A stretch of DNA of 64,000 bases from assembly GCA_965204375.1 (NCBI GenBank), contig OZ241986.1, forward strand, positions 2,944,001 through 3,008,000. The letters run 5' to 3'. The notes under the pieces are model-generated. The model did no database searches. It saw only the letters and a list, made by a program, of their open reading frames with translations, and was not told where the DNA came from. This stretch comes from Candidatus Latescibacterota bacterium (GTDB lineage Bacteria > Latescibacterota > UBA2968). Position 1 is the stretch's first letter, and every line of letters begins with the position of its first letter. A program made the position numbers and the translations under genes. Below, one piece after another: positions 23,001-32,309 of this stretch.

Positions 23001-23069
23001 TGTCGCCTGCAAGCGAGCAATAGCACGCGCACAGAGGTGCGATTTATCAAAGCCGCGATAATTAAATAA
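20055..23069 (+). CDS. Immune inhibitor A (M6)-like domain + FG-GAP repeats + T9SS-type C-terminal sorting domain
   Basis: WSLMDTG, YFLIENR, GILIYHID; GDLDRDG repeats; YPNP...IYN..GE...ASGLY C-terminal domain. Confidence 0.8.
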   Translation: MNLNSRLTMILLCRCGIPCAILLYLMALFVQPVMAVDSYRVLAVRVSFPPEDPDNETTSGNGTFNLSTAESSDRIYPFDAPPHNRAYFEAHLQALSNYYRDISQGQLAIEYDVYPQDPTASYVLDTPLIEYGNGRTRREINERVTRLFRDGIRAADAADGTTIDFSKYRAFAVFHAGLGGEAGQKLNDIPSAFIFKRDLIEFADGAIAVNNGAFQVTSGMLLPEAISTNGQGGLNGTLARFFASQLGLPGLSDFENDLPAIGDWSLMDTGANNQIDAARLGLQSLRNDPESTSTNLIGFLPSRLTAWSRIKLGWLEPLVITHNDTVEIAASGSASDLPQAIRVPISATEYFLIENRISRLNIENRIPQIEFSTPHNVWLSSDDYDAFIPGSGILIYHIDDAIIRASDAEKHINSHPDYKIAPAQYRRGIALEEADGLQDIGNVSASRIIQAGIISLSSIEGAPEDAFYVGNNALFGPDTSPNTRSNLGYESGITIEVLSPPGEVMTVAIRFANRLDNWPITDLNPTRESPRVIDLDRDGIKEILHSSGTWKIAGVQHSTDESFATTPAIGDPEIAGFIYHRGETTRTHWRPSGTVHETVDINPPSSFSTTPVIAKFPTISVDIWGWSDGKIEWGNFLSEIAGNIALSDAIQSLAVGNIDSDSDNELIAITSSAQIHLIHDTGQSTPLATFASPIIGGPAIGDLDRDGNDDIAVVSTDGILSILDANGLAFASDPVPGGAHSPPVVADLDRDGFIEVLFGGNGKLYIYRFNAILQTEGALALPIKDGAGPIEAPPILADINNDTIPDIFAGTRGGLLYGLTAEGHTLPGFPLLVPGPILSSPLIDDLDNDGTLELIIYTADGSVHLFHLETIDPSYTGNKIIWGQLGGGPGNAGKLLQQPLETKTPTDTSLLPATRAYLYPNPVRNGDRARIRFFLLEPAEITMTIYNPLGEKIADLTHDNPMPNTDNEIAWDVADYASGLYICRLQASNSTRTEVRFIKAAIIK

Positions 23070-23074
23070 ACACT

Positions 23075-26000
23075 ATGTCTCGCAAATTCACACAAACAAT
23101 TCTCATTCTCCTGACCCTGAGCACACAGGCTCTCGCGCAATTTGGCGCCAATCATCCCGAACTGGACTGGCGCGTCATTGAAACCGAACACTTTAAAGTC
23201 TATTACCATCAGGGCCTGGAAAAACTGGCTCCGCGTGCTGCCCAGATCGCCGAAGACGCGTACGGCCCAATCGCGTCCTTTTACAATTTTGACCCCGACA
23301 GCAAAGTCCGCATCATCCTCAAAGACACCGAAGACTACGCCAATGGCGCGGCGTATTATTACCACAACACCATCGAAATCTGGGTCTCCAACCTCGACTT
23401 TGCACTGCGCGGCAGTACAGATTGGCTCCCAAATGTGATAACGCACGAATTGACGCACATCATCGCCCTTCAACTCGCCCGAAAATCCTCGCGACGCATC
23501 CCCGCCATCTTCGTCAACTACCTGCAATATCAGGGCGAAGGCAAACGCGCCGACATCCTCGCTGGCTATCCCAATGTCCTGGCCGCTTACGCCATTCCAG
23601 CCACCATCATTCCACCCTGGTTTGCCGAAGGCACGGCGCAATACATGGCACCGGGCGCACAACACGACCGCTGGGACTCGCACCGCGATATGGTCTTGCG
23701 CCAGGCCATGCGCAATGGGAGCTTGCTCACCCGCGACGAAATGTCCGTCTTTGGCGCGAAAACAGGTCTCGGATTTGAAAAAGTATATGACCACGGCTAT
23801 TCGCTCACCCTCTTTATTGTCGATACCTTTGGGCGCGACAAACTCCCCGAATTGTATCGGCAAATGAAAGTCTGGTGGCGCACGGATTTCGGCGGCGCAA
23901 TCCGCGCAACTCTGGGCATCTCTGCAAGCGAATTGCACACGCGCTGGGTCGCATCGCTCAAAAAACGCTATGCGGATCAAAACGCACAGATCGAAACCAA
24001 CCCCGCACAGGGCGACCTCATCCGCGACGATGGCTACCTCAACCTGCACCCCCGCTGGTCGCCCGATGGCACAAAACTCGCCTACCTCTCCAATAAAGGG
24101 CGCGATTATGGGCGCACGAGTTTGATGGTCTATACCCTCGCCGACAGCAGCGTGGAACTCGCCGCCCCCAGTGCGGTCACAGCCTTTGACTGGTCAACCG
24201 ATGGCGAGCAATTCCTCTACGCGCGCCACAGCCAGCCCAACAAATACGGCGGGCGGCAATGGGATTTCTATACCATAGATCCCAAAGCCTCAAAATCGAG
24301 CCTGTTCCAAAATGTCAAAACTGCCATTGGCCTCGCGCGTGCCACCTTCCCGGGCGAAACGCGACTCAGCACAGGCTTGCGCGGCATTTACCCGACCTAT
24401 TCGCCAGACGGAACGCAAATTGCATTTGCCAAAAATGGTGGAGGCAGCACCAACCTCTGTATCCTCGACATTGCAGCAGACACCATTCGCTACCTCACAT
24501 CCTTCGACGATGGCTCACAGGTTGCCACCCCGCGCTGGTCGCCCGATGGATCGCAAATCGCATTCTCGCTCTACCGAAGCGGCACCTCGCGAGACATAGC
24601 CACCATTCCCGCAACAGGTGGCGACTACACAGTTCGCGTTGCCTCCCGCGAAACTGACCGCGACCCGTGCTGGACACCCGATGGATCATCCCTCGTATTT
24701 GCCTCTGACCACGACGGCATCTTCAATCTGTATCGCGCCAATCTGTCCAACGGCACAATAGACCGCCTCACCCGCGTGTACGGCGGAGCATTTCAACCCC
24801 ACGTGCATCCAGATGGCGACCGCATTGCCTATGCCCACTACGGCAAAAACGCCTACGAAATTCGCGTTATCTCCCAGCCGTTAAATGAACCCGTGGCGAG
24901 CAACATCTTTCAGATCAAACCCTTCGCGCCCGCAACGCCCAAACCCGCAATAGCGAGCCGTCCATACAAAAATGAATTTTCATCCACCACCATACTTCCG
25001 CGTCTGGCAATCGACAGTGGAAAACTTAAACTCGGCGCCATAGCGGGATCCGACGACGTCTTGCGAAAGCAAACCTTTTTTATCAGTGGCCTGATCGCCC
25101 ACGATCTGGACATGGACCTGTACGCGCTTTACGAATACCGCAAAAGACGGCCCACCTTTTTTCTGGAAGCCTACCGTATATCGCGCCACGTTGAAGAAGA
25201 TATAATCAGCCGCGACGAAGACTTCCGCATCTACAACCGCACCTTCGCGCTGACGGGCATTGAAATAGGCGGCAAGTACACCCTGAGACGCGGCGGTACG
25301 ATCGACGCTCGTCTCGTGTATCATCGCACGGGCGCGGTTCTGGATCAAGCGCGGTTCAACGGCCTTAATCGCGACATAGTCGGTGCCACAACCCTCAACG
25401 GATTTGACCTCGCTCTCACCTATCGTCTCAATGCCATAGGCCGCTCGCGCGACTCGGAAATCAACCCCCGATCCGGACGCCGTCTCGCGCTGCGTTACGA
25501 CCGCTATTTCAACTGGTTCATCAGCGGCTTTGAGGAAAATACCTCGCTAATTATCGAAACCTACGACCGCTATTTTTACAACCAACTCTCCCTCGACTGG
25601 AACGAATTTATCCCGGTTGCTCCCGGCCGCAGTGCGCTGAGTTTCCGCTTTTTTGGCGGCGTGATCGACAGCGAAGTTGACGACACCTTTGACTTCTTCC
25701 TCGGCGGCTTGCCCGGCATGAAAGGATATACGTTTTACAGCCTGGAAGGCCGCCGCGCCCTGATGTTGCGGTCGGCTTATCGCTTTCCCTTATGGTCGCG
25801 CATCGATCGACAAACCGGTCCGATCTACTCCGACCAACTCTACGGCGCATTCTTTGCCGGAATCGCTCGCGCCTGGGATGGCACATCCGATGACGCGATA
25901 CTCAAACGCGGCTGGAAACGCGAACTGGGCACGCAATTGCGCTACGACGCCACCTCATTTTATCTTTTTCCTACACGCGCCAGCATCGACGTAGCCTATG

Positions 26001-26116
26001 GTTTTGACCATGTGCCTTTGCAACGGGCTGGCGATCCACTTGAACGAAGCGGCTTGAAGATTTATTTTACATTGTTATTTGGATTTGTCACAGATGTTGG
26101 GAAGGGTAGCTTTTAG
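23075..26116 (+). CDS. Gluzincin-like peptidase + PD40/TolB propeller + BamA/TamA-like barrel protein
   Basis: ETEHF, HELTH, PWFAEG, repeated PRWSPDG, barrel-like C-terminus. Confidence 0.8.
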   Translation: MSRKFTQTILILLTLSTQALAQFGANHPELDWRVIETEHFKVYYHQGLEKLAPRAAQIAEDAYGPIASFYNFDPDSKVRIILKDTEDYANGAAYYYHNTIEIWVSNLDFALRGSTDWLPNVITHELTHIIALQLARKSSRRIPAIFVNYLQYQGEGKRADILAGYPNVLAAYAIPATIIPPWFAEGTAQYMAPGAQHDRWDSHRDMVLRQAMRNGSLLTRDEMSVFGAKTGLGFEKVYDHGYSLTLFIVDTFGRDKLPELYRQMKVWWRTDFGGAIRATLGISASELHTRWVASLKKRYADQNAQIETNPAQGDLIRDDGYLNLHPRWSPDGTKLAYLSNKGRDYGRTSLMVYTLADSSVELAAPSAVTAFDWSTDGEQFLYARHSQPNKYGGRQWDFYTIDPKASKSSLFQNVKTAIGLARATFPGETRLSTGLRGIYPTYSPDGTQIAFAKNGGGSTNLCILDIAADTIRYLTSFDDGSQVATPRWSPDGSQIAFSLYRSGTSRDIATIPATGGDYTVRVASRETDRDPCWTPDGSSLVFASDHDGIFNLYRANLSNGTIDRLTRVYGGAFQPHVHPDGDRIAYAHYGKNAYEIRVISQPLNEPVASNIFQIKPFAPATPKPAIASRPYKNEFSSTTILPRLAIDSGKLKLGAIAGSDDVLRKQTFFISGLIAHDLDMDLYALYEYRKRRPTFFLEAYRISRHVEEDIISRDEDFRIYNRTFALTGIEIGGKYTLRRGGTIDARLVYHRTGAVLDQARFNGLNRDIVGATTLNGFDLALTYRLNAIGRSRDSEINPRSGRRLALRYDRYFNWFISGFEENTSLIIETYDRYFYNQLSLDWNEFIPVAPGRSALSFRFFGGVIDSEVDDTFDFFLGGLPGMKGYTFYSLEGRRALMLRSAYRFPLWSRIDRQTGPIYSDQLYGAFFAGIARAWDGTSDDAILKRGWKRELGTQLRYDATSFYLFPTRASIDVAYGFDHVPLQRAGDPLERSGLKIYFTLLFGFVTDVGKGSF

Positions 26117-26132
26117 ATAGAGGAATTTCCCC

Positions 26133-26804
26133 ATGCGAAAATTCACACTCTGCACGCTTGTTTTCGCGCTGATGTGCGGGCAGGCCGCCGCGGAAAAATC
26201 GCCAAAAACGGCTTTCTTTCTCTCACTACTTGTACCGGGTTTGGGTGAATTATATGCCGGGGCCAAAATACGCGCCGTCGGGTTTATGGGCGCAGAAGCC
26301 CTCACCTGGACCGCTTATATTTCATGGCGAGGCAAAGGCAATGACATTAAGGAAGAATTTCGAGCGTATGCCGATCGGCATTGGCGGGAAGCGCGGTACA
26401 GCGCCTGGCGGGAATGGAACAAAACTCAGCCCGAGCCATATCATGAAACCCACGCCCTGCCCTCCAAAAGCGAAGACACGCAACAGTATTACGAACTCAT
26501 TGGCAAATACCATCAATTTGTCTATGGCTGGGACGATGTGACGGCTGACTTTTCCACCGATAACAAGAACGTGCCATCGTCACGCAGGCTGGACTATGAA
26601 ACCCGTCGCAACGACAGCAACAAATACCTCAAACGCGCGTCTGTTGTCACAGGCCTGGCCGTGCTCAACCACATTGCCAGTGCCATACACGCCTCGGCCT
26701 ATACGCGCACGTTACAAAAACAGACCGGGCCGGGCTTGTGGATCTACATCACGCCGGTTGATAGCCATGGACGGTCCATGGTCGAATTGAAAACGAGATT
26801 TTAG
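26133..26804 (+). CDS. Hypothetical protein (DUF5683-like)
   Basis: KSPKTAFFLSLLVPGLGELYAG, QQYYELIGKY. Confidence 0.7.
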   Translation: MRKFTLCTLVFALMCGQAAAEKSPKTAFFLSLLVPGLGELYAGAKIRAVGFMGAEALTWTAYISWRGKGNDIKEEFRAYADRHWREARYSAWREWNKTQPEPYHETHALPSKSEDTQQYYELIGKYHQFVYGWDDVTADFSTDNKNVPSSRRLDYETRRNDSNKYLKRASVVTGLAVLNHIASAIHASAYTRTLQKQTGPGLWIYITPVDSHGRSMVELKTRF

Positions 26805-26808
26805 CATC

Positions 26809-27447
26809 ATGAAAACATCATCTCAAAAATCGCGTATTCTGATCGCATTCTCAATCGCCTGTTTGCTCGCGCCGTCTGCCGCCTTTGCACAAGAAGCGAA
26901 ATCACCGAAAAAAGCCGCCTTTTTATCGGTACTTTTACCCGGCCTGGGCGAGCGATATGCGGGCGGGCGAAAATCCGCGAAATTTTTTCTTTTCACCGAA
27001 GGCATGTTCTGGACGGGCGTATTTGCATTTAAAAAACTCAACACCACGCGAGAAAACACCTTCCGCGCCTATGCCGCGGCACGCGCTGGTGCAACCGCGG
27101 TCAAAAAACCCAACTCCCATTACGACCGCCTGTCCAGTTACAACAGCATCTACGACTACAATGCCCGGTTGCACTATGTCGAGGGCACATCGGCCACCCC
27201 ACTGCCAGAAACATCCGAAAACTTTTGGGAATGGGATACACCGTCTTCCCGCGAACACTTTCGAGAACTGAGGAGCAAAGCCACCTGGGCGCGCACACGC
27301 AGCTTTCTCTTTGTGGGCGCACTCATCTTCAACCGCTTTGCCAGCGCGTTAAATGCCGCCAGCATCGCCGCCAAAACCCGTCCTATTGCAACAGTCTCCC
27401 CCAACACCTCTGGGGAATTACAGGTGCGATTCTCAGTCCGGTTTTGA
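26809..27447 (+). CDS. Hypothetical protein, tandem paralogue of the previous gene
   Basis: KSPKKAAFLSVLLPGLGERYAG; same N-terminal motif and C-terminal helix. Confidence 0.7.
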   Translation: MKTSSQKSRILIAFSIACLLAPSAAFAQEAKSPKKAAFLSVLLPGLGERYAGGRKSAKFFLFTEGMFWTGVFAFKKLNTTRENTFRAYAAARAGATAVKKPNSHYDRLSSYNSIYDYNARLHYVEGTSATPLPETSENFWEWDTPSSREHFRELRSKATWARTRSFLFVGALIFNRFASALNAASIAAKTRPIATVSPNTSGELQVRFSVRF

Positions 27448-27449
27448 CA

Positions 27450-29039
27450 ATGCCTCTGCCAACAACTCCCAAACGCGACCACCTCTTCGCGAATATAACA
27501 GCCGGATTGCGGTCTTATTGCGTTACCCACTTATTGCGTTTTAGGCTGTACTGCTTTTATCTGTGCGCATCTGCGTTCATCTGCGGATGGTTTTCCGTCC
27601 ACGCCCAACCCATCCCCCAAAGCGGAACCCACCTGATTCCACGCCAAACCACACCCTATCGCCCCGCAACCAAAATACCCCTCTCCACGCCTTTCCGCGT
27701 TGGCGATACGCTCACGCTACCCGCATACAGTTTTCAACTCGTTGGCGGAGGGAAATACCACACCACAACAACCTGTCGCTATGTGGGCAACCACTGTTAC
27801 ATTTTTGTAGAAGATGACATGTGGAACACTCCGCGCGTGACACAAACGGGCATTGAATCCCTTGCCCTTGCATTTGATAAATCCACCGCACGCCATCCCA
27901 ACCGCGGCATTTACGAGACTGTCACCGACCTCTTTGGCGATCCCCCGGATGTCGATGCCGATCCCCGCATACTCATCTTGGTGCTCGACGTGCTCGACAG
28001 TCCTATCACGGGCATCACATTTGTCGGTTATATCGACACCGATAACCAAGCCCCGCCCGTCTCGCGCGAAATTATTTATATCGACGCCCGTCCTCTCGAC
28101 ATTGGCAGCAACCTCGCACGTGCCACACTCGCCCACGAATTTCAGCACCTGATCCACTGGAAAGCCGACTCCGACGAAGCCAAATGGCTCGACGAAGGGT
28201 GCTCGGAATACGCCGAACTCGCCTGTGGATACAAAGACACGACGGCAGCCGCGACCGAAAATTTTCTCTCGCTCGCGGTCAATACAGACCTCACCTATTG
28301 GGAAGATCAGTTCTTTGATTTTGACCAGGCATATCTCTATATGACGTACTTCGCCCAGCGCTATGGTGACAGCGCACTCCGCAAACTCGTCGCAGACCCG
28401 GACAGCAGCATAGTGAGCATCGACAATGTCCTTCAATCGCTCAACGCGCCCGAACGCTTCGATCACCTCTTTGGACAATGGGCTGCTGCTATGTACCTCG
28501 ACGGTGCGGACGACCTCGGCTATCGCGCCATTGACCTGCATCCCGCAAAGCGCGAAATCCTCACCATCCCGACCAATAACCTCACGCGACGCGCCACGCG
28601 CTGGGGCATAGACTATCTCGCTTTGGGCGAAACACCCCGCCTCGCCTTCACAATTCAATCCACAGGTGACAACGACCTCCTCGTCACACTCATTGCCGAA
28701 GGGAATCAACCCTTTGCCGCACCGATCCCCATTTCAGCCTCACAGGGCAAACGCATCCACACATCGGGCAATATTGCCAGAAGCCTCGCCATCACCTCCA
28801 CATCTGGCACAACAATCGGTTACACCCTCTCCGTATCTAAACTCGCTCCCGGTCCCGCAGCCGCAGACTTTGACGGGGACGGGGAAATCGGCTTCTCGGA
28901 CTTCCTCGCCTTTGCCTCTGCCTTTGGCAAAACCGCAGGCGACATTGGCTTTGACCCCACCTTTGACCTCGACGGCGACCTGCGCGTTACCTTCTCGGAC
29001 TTCCTCATCTTTGTCCAGAACTTCGGCGCAGACCTTTAA
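27450..29039 (+). CDS. Secreted zinc metallopeptidase (M30-like) with C-terminal dockerin-like domain
   Basis: TLAHEFQHLIH, WLDEGCSE, ADFDGDGEIGFSDFL; the true start may be near 27534. Confidence 0.78.
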   Translation: MPLPTTPKRDHLFANITAGLRSYCVTHLLRFRLYCFYLCASAFICGWFSVHAQPIPQSGTHLIPRQTTPYRPATKIPLSTPFRVGDTLTLPAYSFQLVGGGKYHTTTTCRYVGNHCYIFVEDDMWNTPRVTQTGIESLALAFDKSTARHPNRGIYETVTDLFGDPPDVDADPRILILVLDVLDSPITGITFVGYIDTDNQAPPVSREIIYIDARPLDIGSNLARATLAHEFQHLIHWKADSDEAKWLDEGCSEYAELACGYKDTTAAATENFLSLAVNTDLTYWEDQFFDFDQAYLYMTYFAQRYGDSALRKLVADPDSSIVSIDNVLQSLNAPERFDHLFGQWAAAMYLDGADDLGYRAIDLHPAKREILTIPTNNLTRRATRWGIDYLALGETPRLAFTIQSTGDNDLLVTLIAEGNQPFAAPIPISASQGKRIHTSGNIARSLAITSTSGTTIGYTLSVSKLAPGPAAADFDGDGEIGFSDFLAFASAFGKTAGDIGFDPTFDLDGDLRVTFSDFLIFVQNFGADL

Positions 29040-29063
29040 CATAAAAAAACGAAAGGCAATCCC

Positions 29064-30656
29064 ATGCCAATCACGACCCTTATTCACTCAGGCAAAATAA
29101 TCGACGGCACTGGCAACCCCTATTTCTACGGCGACATAGCTCTTGAGAACGGCAAAATATCCGCCATCGAACCACCGGGGTCCATCTCCCGCGATGGCAT
29201 CGGCGAAATCGTCGATGCATCCGGTCACATCGTCTGTCCCGGCTTCATCGACATACAGAGCCACTCAATCGTCCCGCTCATGCGCGATGGCCGATGCCTC
29301 TCCAAAATCACCCAGGGCATCACGACCGAAATCATGGGCGAAGCGTGGACCCCAGCACCTATCGGAGGCTCCAATACCCTCTCGCGATCTCTACCCAAAA
29401 ACTGGCGGGAACGCGCGCGGAACTGGCACCGCTTTGGCAACTGGCTCGACGCCATGATCGAAGCTGGCGTCTCTCCCAACGTCGGCTCCTTCCTCGGCGC
29501 GGGCACCCTGCGCGCGCACGCAATGGGCATGCGGATGGGCGAACCAACCCCCGACGAAATGAAAACCATGCACCGCATCATGGCCGAATCCCTGGAAGAC
29601 GGCGCCTTTGGTCCCTCCTATGCCCTCATCTACCCGCCGGACACATATACCAGCACGGATGAAATCGTCGAAATCTGCAAAACAGTAGCGCGATTCGGCG
29701 GCATCTACATCACCCACATCCGATCCGAAGCCGACAAACTTCTCGAAGCCCTGGACGAAGCCATCGAAATCGGACAGCGCGCCAACATCCCGGTCGAAAT
29801 CTACCACCTCAAAGCCGTCCCCGAGCGCAACTACCCCAAGATGCACCAAGTCATTGCGCGCGTGAACCAGGTACGCACCGAGGGCCTCGACATCACCGCC
29901 GATATGTATCCCTACACCGCCAGCGGCACCGGCCTATCCACTGTCCTGCCCACCTGGGTGGCCGCAGACGGCAAATTCTTCGACAACCTGCGCGACCCCG
30001 ACATCCGCGCGAAAATCGTCTCCGAAGTCAGAAACCGCCAGGGCGAGATACCCCGTCGTCCGGACCGAATCGCTCCGGTCGGATTTAAAAAACCCGAAAA
30101 TCAACAGTACATCGGCAAGCGCCTCTCTGAGATTGCCGAGATGCGCGGCCAGGATTGGGTAGAAGCCACCATTGACCTCCTGCTATCGGAAAACCAGCGC
30201 ATCTTCACCATCTACCACACCATATCCGAAGACAACGTCCGTCTCCAACTCCAACTCCCCTGGATCAAAGTCTCCACAGATGCGGGCGGCGTAGATCCAG
30301 AACGGGTGGCTGCTGAGGGACCGCTCCACCCCCGGTCGTACGGCACCTATCCCCGCGTCCTCGGCCACTATGTCCGCGACGAAAAGCTCATGCCACTCGA
30401 AGAAGCCATCCGCAAAATGACCTCCTCAGTTGCCAATCGCCTCTCACTGTGGGACCGCGGGCGGCTCCAGCCCGGCTGCTGGGCCGACGTCGTCGTCTTT
30501 GACCCCGACACCGTCGCCGACCGCTCGACATTCGACGACACCCATCAACTCTCTATCGGCATCCGCGACGTCTTCGTCAACGGCATCCGCGTCCTCGAAA
30601 ATGGCGAACACACGGGTGCAACCCCTGGAATGTTCGTCAAAGGTCCGGGGGCGTAG
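29064..30656 (+). CDS. N-acyl-D-amino-acid deacylase
   Basis: PGFIDIQSHS, THIRSE, YPYTASGT, HPRSYGTYPRVL. Confidence 0.92.
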   Translation: MPITTLIHSGKIIDGTGNPYFYGDIALENGKISAIEPPGSISRDGIGEIVDASGHIVCPGFIDIQSHSIVPLMRDGRCLSKITQGITTEIMGEAWTPAPIGGSNTLSRSLPKNWRERARNWHRFGNWLDAMIEAGVSPNVGSFLGAGTLRAHAMGMRMGEPTPDEMKTMHRIMAESLEDGAFGPSYALIYPPDTYTSTDEIVEICKTVARFGGIYITHIRSEADKLLEALDEAIEIGQRANIPVEIYHLKAVPERNYPKMHQVIARVNQVRTEGLDITADMYPYTASGTGLSTVLPTWVAADGKFFDNLRDPDIRAKIVSEVRNRQGEIPRRPDRIAPVGFKKPENQQYIGKRLSEIAEMRGQDWVEATIDLLLSENQRIFTIYHTISEDNVRLQLQLPWIKVSTDAGGVDPERVAAEGPLHPRSYGTYPRVLGHYVRDEKLMPLEEAIRKMTSSVANRLSLWDRGRLQPGCWADVVVFDPDTVADRSTFDDTHQLSIGIRDVFVNGIRVLENGEHTGATPGMFVKGPGA

Positions 30657-31605
30657 GCGGAATTACACCGCGTTTGCGAAGCACATCATCCACCTTATCA
30701 TCGCCGCCCGTCGCTTTGTCGGCAAAGTTGAACTCCGATCCCGCATTGAGCAATAACTCAATCACCCCGGCGTAATCGGCACCTATCACGGGATGATTCG
30801 CCAGAAAATACATCGTTGAACCAAGAGATGTACCACCATAATCATTTTTCAACTCAACAGAAGCCCCGTACCCCAAAAGCATCTCCACCGTATTTCTCCG
30901 ACCGCGTTGTGATGCCAGCATTAACCCTGTATTATTTGCCCCACCCCTTGCGTCTATATCCACGCCGCGTTTGAGAAGATATTCTGCCACATCAGTTTGT
31001 CCATACTTGCAAGCGCACCAGAACGCCTCTTCCAATTCCCCGCAGGAGATACTTCCCTCATCAACGAATCGCTCGACCAGTTCAAGCTCCCCCAGACCAG
31101 CGGCGATTTCGACATTCGCGATTTTTGCACCGCATTCAATAAGAGCCTGAACTGACTCGGGATACTCAAAACCAAGCGCGAGCCTTAGTGGTTCACCATC
31201 TCCCTTTAACCCATCTACCCTGGCACCCGCATTGACGAATACGCTCACAAGCTCAGCAGCGACACCTGATTTATGTGGATGAAAACTGGTCACCAACGAC
31301 ACAAGCGGTGTAGTCCCCGATCCCCCATCCAGGAACGTGGCATCTATCTCGGCACCAGCATCGATAAGCACATTTGCTACATCAACCGCGTTGACCGGTG
31401 TTCTCTGCCGTTCATCTTCCACGCCATTTGCCGCCACATAGTGGATCAACATCGCCCTATGCGCTCTGGAGGACCGCATGCGAATCAGATCAGGCTCTCT
31501 CCTGATCAGCGATTTAAGCGTCTCAATATCACCTGAAATCACGGCATCAACAGCTTCTTCAAATTCCTCGCACCTTAAGACACGTAGAGCATTTTCTTTA
31601 GCCAT
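30637..31605 (-). CDS. Ankyrin-repeat protein
   Basis: ACKYGQTDVAEYLLKRGVDI, TGLMLASQRG; start trimmed to MAKEN. Confidence 0.85.
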   Translation of the reverse strand: MAKENALRVLRCEEFEEAVDAVISGDIETLKSLIRREPDLIRMRSSRAHRAMLIHYVAANGVEDERQRTPVNAVDVANVLIDAGAEIDATFLDGGSGTTPLVSLVTSFHPHKSGVAAELVSVFVNAGARVDGLKGDGEPLRLALGFEYPESVQALIECGAKIANVEIAAGLGELELVERFVDEGSISCGELEEAFWCACKYGQTDVAEYLLKRGVDIDARGGANNTGLMLASQRGRRNTVEMLLGYGASVELKNDYGGTSLGSTMYFLANHPVIGADYAGVIELLLNAGSEFNFADKATGGDDKVDDVLRKRGVIPPTPPDL

Positions 31606-31916
31606 CTTTATTCCTTTTTTTCCGAATATCACGGACAGAATGCGTCCGAGAAATCCAATGGCTATGGATGTCCGTCGAGTATTTTTTTCCCCTGTGGCTA
31701 CACAAAAAAATCTTGACAGGACAATTAGAGGGATTAATTTATTTCTGAATTTTTCTCATCCTATTCACGGGAACGGGTATTGTGAAGACCTCTCATCCTG
31801 TTTCAGACATTCTTGCCAGCGCAGCACCGTTTATCGGTATCCCGATGAACGCACCAAAATGTTCTACGACCTTCCCGAATAGCGCACAAGTGATTCATTT
31901 ATTTAAACTTATATTC

Positions 31917-31940
31917 GGGGGGGGGGGGGGGGGGGGGGGG
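31917..31940 (+). repeat. G24 homopolymer
   Basis: 24 consecutive G counted directly. Confidence 0.9.
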
Positions 31941-32309
31941 TAGAAGTACTTCTACTATCTGACTTTCCTCTTTCTCCGCCTTTCGCGCATTCGCGCAGCC
32001 CTTCCTCTCACACATCACGCGATTCTCCCACACCATCTTTCTTTGACAGACCACCCCGGCATTCTGTTACCCTGCCGACGTCCATTCTTCAACGACGCAT
32101 CTCTACACACGGATATATAGGCGTGCATGGGATACGTCTGTGTGAACGGTGGAGAGCCTTCACGGTTGGCAAGCCTGTTAGCCCTCCACCGCTACAACAT
32201 ACAGAGACAGGAACGGTTTGGCAGCCGTCACCTGCTCTGTGTCTCAATTTACAATGCCAAAACCACAAAATCAAGTTGCTGGTGATTTATACACAAAAAG
32301 GAGAACACC

